In this document: in pieces, positions 39,775-53,105 of the stretch
Position numbering within the stretch: position 1 is the first letter of the stretch
How the letters are laid out: each line of letters starts with the position of its first letter
Position numbers and translations under genes: made by a program
Origin: Octopus sinensis
Lineage: Eukaryota
Reading direction: 5' to 3'
DNA length: 64,000 nucleotides
Assembly: GCF_006345805.1 (NCBI RefSeq)
Contig: NC_043006.1
Location: 98,270,001-98,334,000, forward strand
Notes under the pieces: model-generated
The model's input: only the letters and a program-made list of their open reading frames with translations
What the model was told of the DNA's origin: nothing
The model's database searches: none

Positions 39775-39885
39775 AGAAAAAAGGTTTGAAAATGCAATTT
39801 AAACGATGTTTATTTACTTAACCGGTTTCACTCTTTGGTAAAAGATTGTCAAAAGTTACATTTAAGGAAACTTGAATAATATGGG

Positions 39886-40094
39886 TTCAAAAAAAGTTTT
39901 TTACATAATTGTCACATTGAGTATTATGCATTCAAAAAGGTTTTTACATAATTGTCACATTGAGTATTATGCATTCAAAAAGTTTTTTACATAATTGTCA
40001 CATTGAGTATTATGCATTCAAAAAGGTTTTTACATAATTGTCACATTGGATATTATGAATTCAAAAATGTTTTTTTATACATAATTGTCACATT
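39886..40094. repeat. 43-bp minisatellite, ~4.7 units
   Basis: ttcaaaaaggtttttacataattgtcacattgagtattatgca starts at 39931, 39974, 40017 and 40060, with a variant at 39886. Confidence 0.95.
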
Positions 40095-40519
40095 ACATGT
40101 ATAGATATAGTGTTTGGTACAGAGAAGTTCAATAGTGTGATGAGAATATTTGGAAAATTTGGCAGAAAAGGATAAAACAAATATATTATTGGGAATTGGT
40201 TGCGTTAATTATTGGTTGTCGCAAATTGTCACATTACTGTATATATATATACAATCTTCGGTATATATATACAGCCTTTTGACAGCAAAAATTAGAATGG
40301 CTTTTTTATACATCTCAAATATTTTAAGTACAAGGCGAGAATATGTTTTACTGACCTGTTGGGATTAGCAGAAAGGCTGAACTGAGAGAACAGAGGAAGT
40401 AGCCAATGTGGTGTATACTTCCCCTTTATGCATGAATGATTTGGGGTTATCAGGAGGTTAGTATGCGGGTGTGAATAGATGTGTCCGTGCCCGCTGGTCA
40501 GATAGCGTCTGTTTGTCAC

Positions 40520-40521
40520 AC

Positions 40522-40556
<35 letters not shown>

Positions 40557-41338
40557 ACAACACACACACACCACACACATAGTAAAAAAACACCACACCA
40601 CATACAAACAACACACACACAACACACAGAACACACACACCCACACACAACGCACCCACATATATCACATATACACACAGCACACAAATAATATGTATCT
40701 ATATATAACATACACATATATATAACACACATACACACACAACACACGCACACACACACACACACACAACACACGCACACATACATACATAATATAAATA
40801 TCACACAAATACACCTAGCATATATATACACACATACATATACACATACAGCATGTAAGCAATACATACACAATATATGCATGCAATATACATACGCAGT
40901 ACATACATATATATATATATATAGACAATGCATATACATATATACACATATACATATAAATAGTGTTTACATACACATACATAGATGTACCACATATACC
41001 CACAATACACATACATACAACGCATACACATACACGTACGCATACATATAATGTATATATATACAACACCACACACATAACACATACACAATGTATACAT
41101 ATATATACACGCAATGCACATACCTGTATTCACGCATAATAGCACACCTACAATATACATATATACACTGCACACATACACACACATATATACACTTAAT
41201 TGTACACATACATATACAATACACATACATACAATATACATATACACAATGCGCATGCCAATAATGTACATGTTTATACACACATAAACAAGCAAATAAA
41301 GATACACACACACACATACACACCATACACATATATAT

Positions 41339-41378
<40 letters not shown>

Positions 41379-41873
41379 ATACATACATACATGCACATAC
41401 ATATATTTTTTCACACACATACACATACATATATATATATATAAAAAATTCACCCCCCACACACAAATTACAACTTATAGCGTACACACTCAAATATATC
41501 TCTACATGCCGTACACACACACAAACAAAGTACTAACATATACACACATACCATGCATATACACCACATACCATGCATATCACACACAACACACTACACA
41601 TATATATATATATATATATATATTTAAAAACAAATACACATGTAAATATACATACGTACATAATGCTCTCACACACACATACACACACACCGTACACAGT
41701 GCACACACACACACACATAATACACACGTGCACACACACATACACACAACGTGCGCGCACGCACCCACATACATACACACGCACACAGTGCACACACACA
41801 CACATATATATATATACACACCCGCGCACACACACACACACAACGTGCACACACACACACACACACACAACGT

Positions 41874-41916
<43 letters not shown>

Positions 41917-41960
41917 ACACTCACACACATACATCACCTACATATATATAATGCATGTTA
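40520..41960. repeat. ~1.4-kb degenerate (CA)/(TA) low-complexity tract
   Basis: Directly visible; generates the long His/Thr and Cys/Val ORFs. Confidence 0.95.
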
Positions 41961-43735
41961 GAGTATGTTTAGTTGTGGTCTGTATTTTTGAATAAGATTA
42001 CTTTCCTTATTTATTCGTGTTTGGTCTGTGGTGTTGTCCGAGCATTGGTATAGTGGGAAGACTAAGAATTTGGGGGACTTATTGTGTGCACAAAGGTCTA
42101 AGTGTCCACTTAGTGGTATCTGTCTTGTGGAGGGGTCCCTCAGTTGTTGTTGTCGGTGAACTGTCATTCTGTCTCTGAGGTAAGGCTCGTTTGCCCTATG
42201 TAATCTTCGTGGCATTCTTCACACCTTATGACGTAGAGTAAATTTTTTTGATGCGCACGTGAAATTATCTTTTAGGATGAATGTGTGTCCCGAGTGGAAC
42301 TTGTACGATGATCCCTCAATGAGGTGGATGCAGGTCTTGCAGTTGGGGCGACACTTTTATGATGGTGGGCGGTGGGTTTGTGTTGTGTAATTTTGCGTTG
42401 GTGAGGAGGTTTTTTAGGGATTTAGGTTGTCTCTTACTTTTTTTTATTTTATGAGCTGCCAGTTTTTTTTTTCAGGCGTGGGTCTTGATTTAGTTGTGGA
42501 ATGTTGTTGTAATAATAGTGTAAGCTTCTCTGCATTCCTTGGGTTGTGTTGTGAGGATAAGGGAGCTATTGACTGTACTGTGGATGTGTTTGGGTTTTCG
42601 AAGGTCTTGAATGTTGATTGATTTGGCCCGTTTATTATCCGTTGTCTACTAGTGATGCCGGTAATGTCTTTCGAGAAGAATTGCCCTTAGTTCCCGGAGT
42701 CTTCTATTTCGTGTTGTGTCATTTGAGACAATAGTGCAGATTCTTCTCGCTAGGTTGAAGGGGATATTTGTCTTTGTGTGTTTTGGGTGATTGGAGGTGA
42801 ATAGAAGGTATTGTTTAGAGTCAGTGTGTTTGTAATGGATGTCAGTTTCAATGTTGACGCCTTTTTAATGATTAGGATGTCAAGAAAAGGGAGTTGGTCC
42901 TGACTATATTCCATTGTGAATTGAATGTTGTTATTTACACTGTTGATAAGGTTTTTGAAGTCTATAAGTTGGTCGAGTGTGTGGGACCATAGGATGAGGC
43001 AATCATCTAAGTAGCGTTTCCAGTTCTCCAACAGGTATTTGTGGAAGACTGGCCGTACTTATATTTGGATTTTTCATAGATTGTGATTCCAGGTAGGCCA
43101 TCACCAGGTTTGCATAGTAGTAGGTGCAACTTTCGTACCCATTGCAGTACCTGAGACCTGTCTGTAAGTTTGTTGTGTGGAAATACATGAAGTTGTTTTG
43201 CAGAATAAATTTGAGGCCCTCAATTATGAATTCTTTTTAAATCTTTCCGGGATCTCATTGGGATATTTATCCAGCCAAATTTAATGGCTTCCAGTCCAAA
43301 TTCATGTGGGATTGTGGTGTAAAGATTGATAACATCAAAAGAAACGATTAAGGTGTCTTTATCGGCATGTTTGGGGAGATGGTTTTAATAGGTCCAGGTC
43401 ATCTCTTACAATACTTGGAATGTGTTTCAGTATTGGCTTTAAGATGATATCTATAAAGTTGCTAAGTCTGTGTGTTTCACACTTGGGCCTGCCACTATTG
43501 GTCTCAGTTTGAGATCAGTGGGATGTGGTATAGTGATGCAGGTTGAAGTGGACTTTTTGCAAGCTTCTGTGATAATTTGACTCTTGTGTATTTTTGGAAG
43601 CCCATAGATGTGCTGGTTTTGCAATTAAATTTAGTAATGTAGTCGCATTCCTTTGCTGTCAAGTCATTCCGGTGTTGGTAAATGAGTGCCTTCAGATTGG
43701 TCATTGTTTTGGATTGCTGGTAGTCGACTACTCTT
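41960..43735 (-). mobile_element. Decayed Penelope-like element (Neptune-type), RT + GIY-YIG
   Basis: ORF pieces: KECDYITKFNCKT, WKRYLDDCLILW..NNIQFTMEYSQDQLPFLDILI (RT YxDD), KRQPKSLKNLLTNAKL, C..CKTCIHL linker, and LRDRMTVHRQQ..RINKESNLIQKYRPQLN (GIY-YIG C-terminus). Many frameshifts. Confidence 0.85.
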
Positions 43736-43773
43736 TCGTAGTATGTATATATATATATATCTATATATGTATA

Positions 43774-44024
43774 CAGGGTTGACCAAAAGTCACCTGATTA
43801 AAACAAAACAATTTAATCCAAGATTTACTGACGTTTATCAAATTAATGAATTTATTAAAATCATCTAAATATGAAACAATTGTTCAAACTGAAGTTCTTA
43901 AGTGACATATTTTTTCCATTTGGGTCAATACAGAATTGCATAACTACATATAGTATTTATGGAATTTTGATTTACTGTCGAGTGACTGGCTAGCCAACAC
44001 TGTATGACATACTGGCCAACCCTG
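43774..44024. mobile_element. TA-flanked Tc1/mariner-type MITE
   Basis: TA|cagggttgaccaaaagtcac at the left end and tggccaaccctg|TA at the right. A second degenerate right end (gtgactggctagccaacactg|ta) lies at ~43982-44002. Confidence 0.6.
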
Positions 44025-44726
44025 TATGTATAACACAGACACAGACACAGACACACACACACACACACATACACACACATACGCACACACACGCAAACGC
44101 ATGTACACATGCGTTTACATATGTATCTTTTAATTTTGATACAATGGCCAATATACACAGACATACGTATTCTGACATCAACTTCTTTCTGTGTTGATAA
44201 ATAAGTACTGGTTGAGTACCGGGGGTCTTTGAAACCGATTTACCCCCACTCCTCTAAAATTGCTTGCCTTGTGTTAGAATTTGAAATTAAGTGCTATCTA
44301 ATTATATATTCGGGATGTATATGCAACAATCCAAAATGTGTAGATAATTTGTGCTTAGTATTAAAGATGTTACAATCTTGTAAAAGGGCAATAATTTTAT
44401 GAGTTATGAAAGATATCTTGAAGCGTTATTATTTATTAAGTACATTATAGTAAAAAAAACGCATTTAATGAAGTTATATCCAAATGCAGTATTTAAAACG
44501 TTCAGATGTGTCTTCTTATCCTGCAGTAAAATGTATTTATAAAATCATAAGAATATAGATTGCTCGGAGTATAGAATTAGGGTGCAGGGAACAAATATTT
44601 GAAGTATAATGCCGAATATGATCTACAGGATATAGATAGTCTAGTGTACTCCTGCGACAGACCGGCGTCCTGTCTAATTGTCTATATATTCCCATACATT
44701 CCAGTGGACATATATATAGGCTACTG

Positions 44727-45090
44727 TATATGCAGAAATTCAAGGCGCAATCGAGGAAACATCACGAGCAGATGTTGTGTATATTGTGGGAGATTTCAAT
44801 GCCAAAATTGGAGAAAGGGCAGAAGCAGACATCGTTGGCAAATTTGGATTAGGAGAATGGAATGAAGCAGGAGATGATCATGGGAAAATGGCAGATGATA
44901 GGAAATTAACATGGTCAGTGGCAAGAGAGGAAGAGGCTGACCAAGAGCCCGCTGGCTTGACACCATCAAGAGGGATTCCGGAATGGACATAGCCAATCTG
45001 AAAGAAGCGGCCCAGGATGTTGCATTCACTACAACATCTCCATAAACTCTCCGAAGAGACATTGCTACTGGGCTTGCATCTACACCTTTC
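44727..45090 (+). mobile_element. RTE (BovB-like) LINE remnant: endonuclease piece fused to the C-terminus
   Basis: YAEIQGAIEETSRADVVYIVGDFNAKIG..IVGKFGLGEWNEAG (APE) joins at ~44880 to MGK..VSGKRGRG..RARWLDTIKRDSGMDIANLKEAAQD. Confidence 0.8.
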
Positions 45091-47517
45091 TGAAACTCAT
45101 ATAGAGTAAGACATCTCTAATGTGATCTTTAGATGGAACGGACATGAGTGCGAATATAGCAGAGGTTTATGGCCAATGCAATCAGAATCTGAAAAAAAAA
45201 ACAATGTAAAAATTACTCATTGTGACATTCTTAAAACGTTACAAGAGGCACAATTTCAAATAATACTATATAAAACTGTTTCCAGAAAAAAGGATCATTA
45301 CATTTGCATCAACCTGATACATCTGTATCTTACGTATTACTACACATTAATAGCCTACTTTTTTGTTGATGTGGAACATTGGAAGAGCGGTTTGTGGATT
45401 TAATATAATTATCTATTTGCATGATGTTTATGCTATTGAAGTGTGAGAGGTTTTGTGGAGCAATCTATGGTATGTGTGGAAGGAAAATGTATGCACATAT
45501 GTAAATTAGCTTCACGAAGATTTCTATGAAATTTCAGTAGAATCTGTGTGTATTAGCAAAATTCGATTTATCAAAGTGGAAAATACTAATTTAGTTTTTA
45601 CAGGCTTTAGTACTCTAGAGATTTAAGCTATAATCTTCTAAAGTAGATTATATCAATGAAACGCAACATTGTGCCCATATATTCCAATATCAAAAGACAA
45701 AATTTGTTTAGTATAGTGCATGTAATTATTTTATACTTATCTCCTTAAAGTTTTACCTGAGGATGTTTGCAGAAACAATTGTGAAATCGATGGCACGTCA
45801 TACTTTGATATTTGAGCCCATCATTCAGTTATATTCTGTACTGAAGCTGGTTGATATTCTTTGTAATATGCGTAAATTATAGAGGTCACAACATTTAAGG
45901 AGACTTTTTTTCATACACCGAGCGTGACTAGATAAAGTAAATATCGTCTACAGTCGGGTGTAATCTTCATTGCTCCGTATCTGTATGTAATTTTTGATGT
46001 AAGTGAATGTTTTTTTCAAATTGATGACTGCGTTATTTTGAGTCGAATTGTTTATTGCCGAATTCTTTAAATATCTTACGATACTTCTATTTGTTCAGCT
46101 TCATTCATAAAGCCCACTACTGAATACTAACTAGCTTTGACCATCAACTCTTGTATTGCTGAGATTAAAAAGAAATTACATTTCCATTGTATCCGTTTCG
46201 AATATACTTTCTGAGTTTGGGGAAGACTAAGCTTGTATTTAAAAGAAGAGTATCATATTAAACACATAACTTCCATATGCACTGCACAATTAGATGTGAT
46301 GCAGTTTGGCAGTCAAGAAAAATACTATCCGTAGTATTGATTCTGTTCCTGAAAACCCGCAAATGAAAAAAGCAATTATTTCACATCTTGACTTACACGA
46401 GATAGTGTTCAATTAAAAATTATGAACCGTTGGAGATAATGACTGTACATAAATAAATAGCCGTTTTTGTCTAAATTGCGTATGTATACCGGAGAAGCAT
46501 TGTGTTTTTGAAATTAATTACTTCCAGAATTTCTATAACGTTCTATCCACTTTGTGTCAATGTTGGTGAGAAATGTTCGTCAAAAGGGTGATTAGGGCAT
46601 TAACTTTCCAATGTATCATTTAAAGCTATTTTGACAATGCTGTTTGACATTGTTGCAGTTCATATTGCTAATTACGGCAAATACTGTTTTGAGCTATATG
46701 CTTTCTGCTCGATAGAAATATATGCTAATTTTCTGGCTGCCTGGTTTATTTTGGTTGATATTCCTATATTTAGTTTTCTCATTCCTATATTATTTTGAGG
46801 TTGTGCGGCGTTTGAACTTGACATTTGATATTCTAATGTTACATTTATGGAAGTTACGATGTCCAATGTATAATTGGGTACATATGCTGAAGTGATGTAT
46901 ATCTGAGCATGTTTGTGTGAACTAATTTTTACTTAATTTCTGAGTATGCAATTTTCATACTAGATAATGAAATATTTATATTAAAATATCGGGTATATAA
47001 TTACAGGATCTTTCTCCTATTCGGCATTATATTTATTCTTTATATTTGGGTAACAAATTTGCAGTTAAGCCAGGATATTAAGAATCCTGTAGAACCTTCT
47101 CCATGTACTTACACGCATATTATGTTCGAATGAGAACATGAAAACAAGCACTTACAATAATCTATTATTTTGTCCGTCCCGAAAGCCTATCCATTTTCCC
47201 ATTTTAAATTTCCTACTGCATTATATCTCAATGTTAAATATGCTATTTAGGGTAGAAATACGATTTATGATTCACGAAACCACAAATTTATATAATCACA
47301 CATACCTTACAATAAATTTTCTAATATTTATGAAATATTTTTATCAGTTCCCACTTCCTTTAAGAGACCATCCAATTCCATAAAATTTAATATAATCTGA
47401 CAGGAAGCGAACATTACTAGCGCTGTCTTACATAATAATATCTCCCTTACAAGCATGCCATTAATGGACATTTTTACACAACACATGTATGTACCTGTAT
47501 ATATACATACATAATAC

Positions 47518-47605
<88 letters not shown>

Positions 47606-47821
47606 TATATATATATACATACTTATACTTATACATATATATATGAACATATATATATATGCATTATATATACACATATATATGTGTACATATATATATA
47701 TATGTATAACATATATATATTATATATATATATATATAATATATTATGTACATATATTTACACATATATGCTTATATACATGCACATATTCGTATATGTG
47801 TATATATATATATATATATGA

Positions 47822-47856
<35 letters not shown>

Positions 47857-48848
47857 ATGCATGCACTACACGCATGCAACGGGCAACATAATGCACATGT
47901 GCACACAAACAATCAGAAACAATTCATCGTGGTGAGCTGAAACCTCGAAATTGTGACATTTCTCTTTCTTCCTTGGACAATAATGAATGTTATAATCAAG
48001 CAGGTGAAATTTGCTATAAATCACCTGAAAGTAGTTTCGTTTAAAAGGAATGAATGTTGTAAGCATGTATTCAAGAATGCAGGCGTGCTTTAATAATAAT
48101 CAAATAATGAAACAAATAGGATTTTATAGTTTTACTCATACTGATCAAATACATTTTGAATGCAACTACTGCGTGCATTAATTAAAACATGTAGTATGTA
48201 TTCATGTTGAATATCCCTATTTGTATGTGAAAAGATGTAGGATAAATTATTATACTGTGTACATGCTTGTCATTCCCACAATTTCTCTCTCTTTTTCTGT
48301 ATGTATAGACATATATCCAAAAATGAGTGTGCACCGAGACACCGACGCAAAATTCTTGAGGTGAATATGGGAAGGATGGGGAGCGTTTAACTTATTAAAA
48401 GATGTACTCAAATAATGCTGTACAAGTTACTATATGTCTAGCGTTGGTGTTTTATGTATTTCTCACTTGGGCTAAGAGTTCAGCTAGAGATGGTTATATA
48501 CCAACCGAGTTGTTTCTCAATGTATGTATAGGGACCTCAGAATTTTAGATATAATATCTCACATCATGATATGCAAGTCGAGCAAAATGGTTGTCATATA
48601 AAAATCAGGGGAAACGTTACATTTAAAATTCCGAGTCTTTTTTGTACTGGCCATTAGACTTGGCTCAAAGCGATGATTGTGTCACTTACCAGGTAGGAAA
48701 TGATTCTTGCCAACGAATGATAAGTGGTTAAATGAAATTAGGAGCTTTTGTTTTTATATATGAATGCCTAACACGTATCTTCCTTTCAATAATTGGTTTA
48801 ATTTCAACAAAGTATCACGCCAAATCCTACAACAGACAATTACTATTC

Positions 48849-48892
<44 letters not shown>

Positions 48893-48938
48893 CGAGAGAG
48901 GGAGAGGGTAAACGTTTTTATTTCTCTTACCCTTTCAG

Positions 48939-48980
48939 AATTACAACTATTAGTGGTTTGGAGTTTACCTGCTCTTTCTA
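48939..48980 (+). other. Candidate 42-nt exon, copy 1
   Basis: ttctcttaccctttcAG|...|GTGAGT; the phase-1 frame reads xLQLLVVWSLPALS. Support is from splice signals only. Confidence 0.35.
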
Positions 48981-49425
48981 GTGAGTCAGATGTGCTATTA
49001 TGGTCATCTCTTATGTGTTTAAATATATATTATATAGATTATATAGTCTATTGACTATTTGTTCCTTCTCGCTAGACCACTGTCAGCGGAGAATTTTTGT
49101 AGAATTTTCCTAAAATTTTTTTGATACCCTAAGATTTATTAATTAATGATAAAAGGAATTTTGGGCTAATTTTGAAAGAAAATCGGCAGTTATATTTACT
49201 GCTGAAAAACCGCGCGTGCGTGGCGGATTTCGAAAAGTTATAGCATATAGACTCGAGGCATAATCCTTATCGCCTCGTGCCTATATGTTAGTCTTGGCTT
49301 CCTGCTGAAGATGGCAACGCCAATTGTAAAATAAAATTATTTTATTTTATTTACAAAAGATTGCCGAAAATATGCATAGTCCAAGAAAGATAGGGTAAAC
49401 GTCTTTATTTCTCTTTCACATTCAG

Positions 49426-49467
49426 AATTACAACTATTAGTGGTTTGGAGTTTAACTGCACTTTCTA
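49426..49467 (+). other. Candidate 42-nt exon, copy 2
   Basis: ttctctttcacattcAG|...|GTGAGT; reads xLQLLVVWSLTALS. Part of a ~125-bp direct duplication offset by 487 bp. Confidence 0.35.
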
Positions 49468-49620
49468 GTGAGTCAGATGTCCAATTATGGTCATCTCTTA
49501 TGTGTTTAAATTTATATATATATACACATCTCGTGAGGTATATTTGCCACCTAAATATGGCTAGCCCTTAAGGGTTGGTGCTAGTGTAGCTAGTAGCCCC
49601 AGGAAGACATATCCAGCTGG

Positions 49621-49880
49621 CTATTGACATTATTTCTGCGCCCTATCAGTATTTGCAAAGGGAAGTAATATTTTCCATCTCCCGCCTAACGTGATACACG
49701 CAGACCCGAGTTTCTTGGTAGTGACCCGTCATCAGCGTGTGGCAACCACTGATTTGCGATGGGAAGTGGCTCTCAATCCAAATACATATATACTTTTTCC
49801 AGTGACGAAAAGTCACTGATTTCGACAAAGTGGGAACAAGCAATAATAAATCGGATAGGGCACAGAAAATGTGTCAATAG
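49621..49880. mobile_element. Possible MITE with imperfect 27-bp terminal inverted repeats
   Basis: ctattgacattatttctgcgccctatc versus the reverse complement of gatagggcacagaaaatgtgtcaatag. No clear TSD. Confidence 0.35.
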
Positions 49881-49884
49881 TTTT

Positions 49885-50221
49885 CAATTCGAATCGCACG
49901 TGTCTTGAGATGTGCTGGAGATTTTCTATTTTGGATATATTTGGGGTACTTAGGTCTGCTCATGACTTAGTGGTTGCTTCTTCCATGGGTATGAGTAAAT
50001 ATCTCATTTATGTCTTACGTATTTATCGCTGACGAGGATAAAATTCTTATGAATTAACTCTGAAAATGGGACCGATACGATAATAACGGAATTTTTAAGA
50101 AATTTCTGTCGCCTTACTTCAAGACGCGTGTTTATAGTGTGAAATTATATGGTTATTGATTATTTCTCTATTTTCGGCATATTTGGCATTATAATTTTTT
50201 CCTTGTGCTCTTGTTTATAAG

Positions 50222-50223
<2 letters not shown>
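49885..50223 (+). mobile_element. Repeat family E, second copy, with a decayed hammerhead motif at 50024-50077
   Basis: Colinear with ~36080-36408. TATCG-CTGACGA-gga...tct-GAAA-atggg-ac-CGATA. Confidence 0.65.
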
Positions 50224-50316
<93 letters not shown>

Positions 50317-50345
50317 ATATATATATACATAGATATATATATATA

Positions 50346-51534
50346 GATGGTGGGGAAGCAAAATTTACAATGAAAGTTAAGTTGTTTTTTCTAACTAGGC
50401 ACGAAGACAATTGTTTTGAAACCTAGCATATACTGATGTCATACTCATACCTAACACTATTATCCTTACCTTTTCAGAAACTTTTGCCAATATGAGTAAT
50501 CAGGAAAGCAAACGTCAAAGAGTGTGTGATTTTCTGAATGCACTCGTCACACCAAAAGAGATTTCAAAAATAGTTGGAGTGTCCATAAAGACTGTTTATA
50601 ATGTAAAAAATAGAATGACTATGACTAAAAGTATTACGAGGAAGTCTGGAAGTTGGGGAATCAACAAAATCGTACCAAAGCTTTTATTAAAGCACTCAAA
50701 TCCAAAATCCTAAAGGATCCAACCACATCCATGAGGAAAATGGCAATTGAACTTGAGGTAGACAACAAGACCATTAGAAATGCTGTAAAATATGACTTGA
50801 GGTTAAAATCTTACACAAGAGCACCAAAACACTTGTTGACAACAGCTATGAAAGAAAAGAGATTGGAGAGATGCAAGAAAATTATCACATGGTTCAAGAA
50901 AAGGTCAACAGCTGAGGTTAAAGGAATATTCAAAATAAAAGATCCTGCTCAAGTTATGGCTTTTGGTGTTGTGGCTTCCGATGGAAAGAAAATCCCTATA
51001 AAATTCTACAAAGCTGATGAAAAGATTAATGTTAATACTTACTACAAGACTCTGAGATACGAGGTATTGCCATGGCTTAAAGCAAGCTACCCAGATGGGA
51101 ATTATGTATGGACACAGGATGGTGCTCCAGCTCACACAGCTAGAAAAATACAAGATTTCTCCAAATCCAACTTTAGCAATCTTTGGAATCATGTTTATGG
51201 CCGACTTCTAGCCCAGGTCTAAACTCTCTGGATTATGCTATTTGGGGCGTTTTAGAACATGCTACCAATAGTACATCACACAGCAATGTCAACTCTCTTA
51301 AAGATACTATTAAAGAAGAATGGGAGACGTTGTCTCCCGAATATTTGAGGAACGCCTGTGCAAGTTTTAGGAAGCGTGTGAAGGCAGTTATTGAGAAAGA
51401 AGGAGGCAAATAGAATAAAAATATTTTCTATTATGTAAATTGTCTTGTGTCAAATAAATTCGCATGACTTTCAATAAACAAACTGTCTTTCAATCCCTGC
51501 CTCAAAATATTGTAAATTTTGCTTCCCCACCCTG
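50346..51534 (+). mobile_element. Tc1/mariner superfamily transposon, DD37D (maT) type, with both TIRs
   Basis: 26-bp TIRs (gatggtggggaagcaaaatttacaat / attgtaaattttgcttccccaccctg), TA on both sides, transposase inside. Confidence 0.92.
50492..51413 (+). pseudogene. Transposase pseudogene: two frameshifts and an internal deletion
   Basis: ORFs 50492-50713, 50653-51222 and 51183-51413 join into HTH domains plus TQDGAPAHT...SPGLNSLDY. After correcting one frameshift there are 37 residues between the two Asp. The first catalytic Asp motif (FSDE-like) is absent after WFKK. Confidence 0.88.
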
Positions 51535-52246
51535 TATATATATATATATATATGCATAAATATATATATATTAACTTATCTATACACACACAGGTACGCA
51601 TACGCATATATGTTTATGTGTTTGTGCGTGTGTTAGAAAGTTATAAACATTATCCAAAGGAGGATAGTAAGCTATTAAAACCCATGAGATATTAGTGAAT
51701 CTACCGCTGCTGGGTTTTAAATATTAAAAGGAAAGAAGTACTAATGAGCTATTTTATTATGGGAATAACATTTGTGCCGAATATGAATATTTATCTAGAC
51801 TGCATTACAGGTGTACAATGCTCTATAGGAGAATAATCTCAAAAGGAAATATTTACCAACAAAAACAAAACACACAAACAAAAGTGATAGCTACATATTT
51901 CATCGGTAACTTTGCAGATATGCATTGATGGATAAGTTAAGTCTAGTTGGGGATAATTAGTTATATTTGTTTCATCTCTATTTATTTTCTTTACTTTTAA
52001 AGCAATGTAAAATGAGTTTACTCTCTGAACCAGATTCAGATCAATGTTAAATTAAGAATTCTTGGATTGTGTAAGAAATACTGGTTGATAAAAGATCTTT
52101 AACTATTGAAATAGCCAATGACAAGTTTAATTACCTACGAACAGTAAAGAACATAAATATCTGATTTGAAAAATTATTATTCAGTAACGCTTGCGTGTGA
52201 GCATGCGTCTTATTTTGTCTCTGTTTTCATGCTTTGGTTTCTTCGG

Positions 52247-52299
<53 letters not shown>

Positions 52300-52426
52300 G
52301 CATTGATATAAGAATAGGCTTTTGATCTATCTGTTATATCAATTATGCATTGACATAAGAATAAGCTGTTCAATAAAGCCCGAAACATATGTACCGCAAA
52401 ATCCTTTGCGTCCTGTTTTTCTTTTG

Positions 52427-52463
<37 letters not shown>

Positions 52464-52464
<1 letters not shown>

Positions 52465-52626
52465 GTGACGAGCTTCTTTCAGGTTCCGTCTACCTAATTC
52501 AGAAGGCTTTTGTCTGCTCGGGGCTATAGTAAGAGACACTTGCTTAAGATGCCACGCAGTCGGACTGGATCCAGAACTATGTGGCTGAGAAGCAAATTTC
52601 CTACTACACAGCCACTCCATTGCCTC
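52464..52626 (-). mobile_element. SINE family A, diverged 5' half
   Basis: gacgagcttctttcag.ttccgtctacc...gacacttgc..aagatgccacgcagt...ctacacagccactcc. Confidence 0.75.
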
Positions 52627-52677
52627 TGTAGATAGATAGGCACATACAGACTCACGAACATACTGAAGTACACATTC

Positions 52678-52755
<78 letters not shown>

Positions 52756-52766
52756 TGTGTGTGTGT

Positions 52767-52811
<45 letters not shown>

Positions 52812-52812
<1 letters not shown>

Positions 52813-53105
52813 TGTGGCTCAGTCGTAAGATCATGAGTTCAATTCTTGGTGATGCGTCCTGTCCTTGAGCAAGGTACTATTCCACGTAGTTCCAGTCTGC
52901 TCAACTAGCGGAAATGAGTAGCACCTTTATTTCAAAGGGACACCCTTGTGACATCCTGTCACGCTGGACGTCCCTGAGAACTACGTTTGGGGTAAACGTG
53001 ACTGTGGAGTTCACATCCTCTTGCACTTTAGTTCCACGAGTAGGCTGATCCATTGATGGGATCAGTTGGCGCCGCGTTGTCACAACCGACGGAGTGACAC
53101 TTTTA
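52812..53105 (+). mobile_element. tRNA-derived SINE, further family
   Basis: gtggctcagtcgtaag..gagttcaattc head, then gtccttgagcaagg-type central box and ccattgatgggatca hairpin near the tail. Single copy here. Confidence 0.55.
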
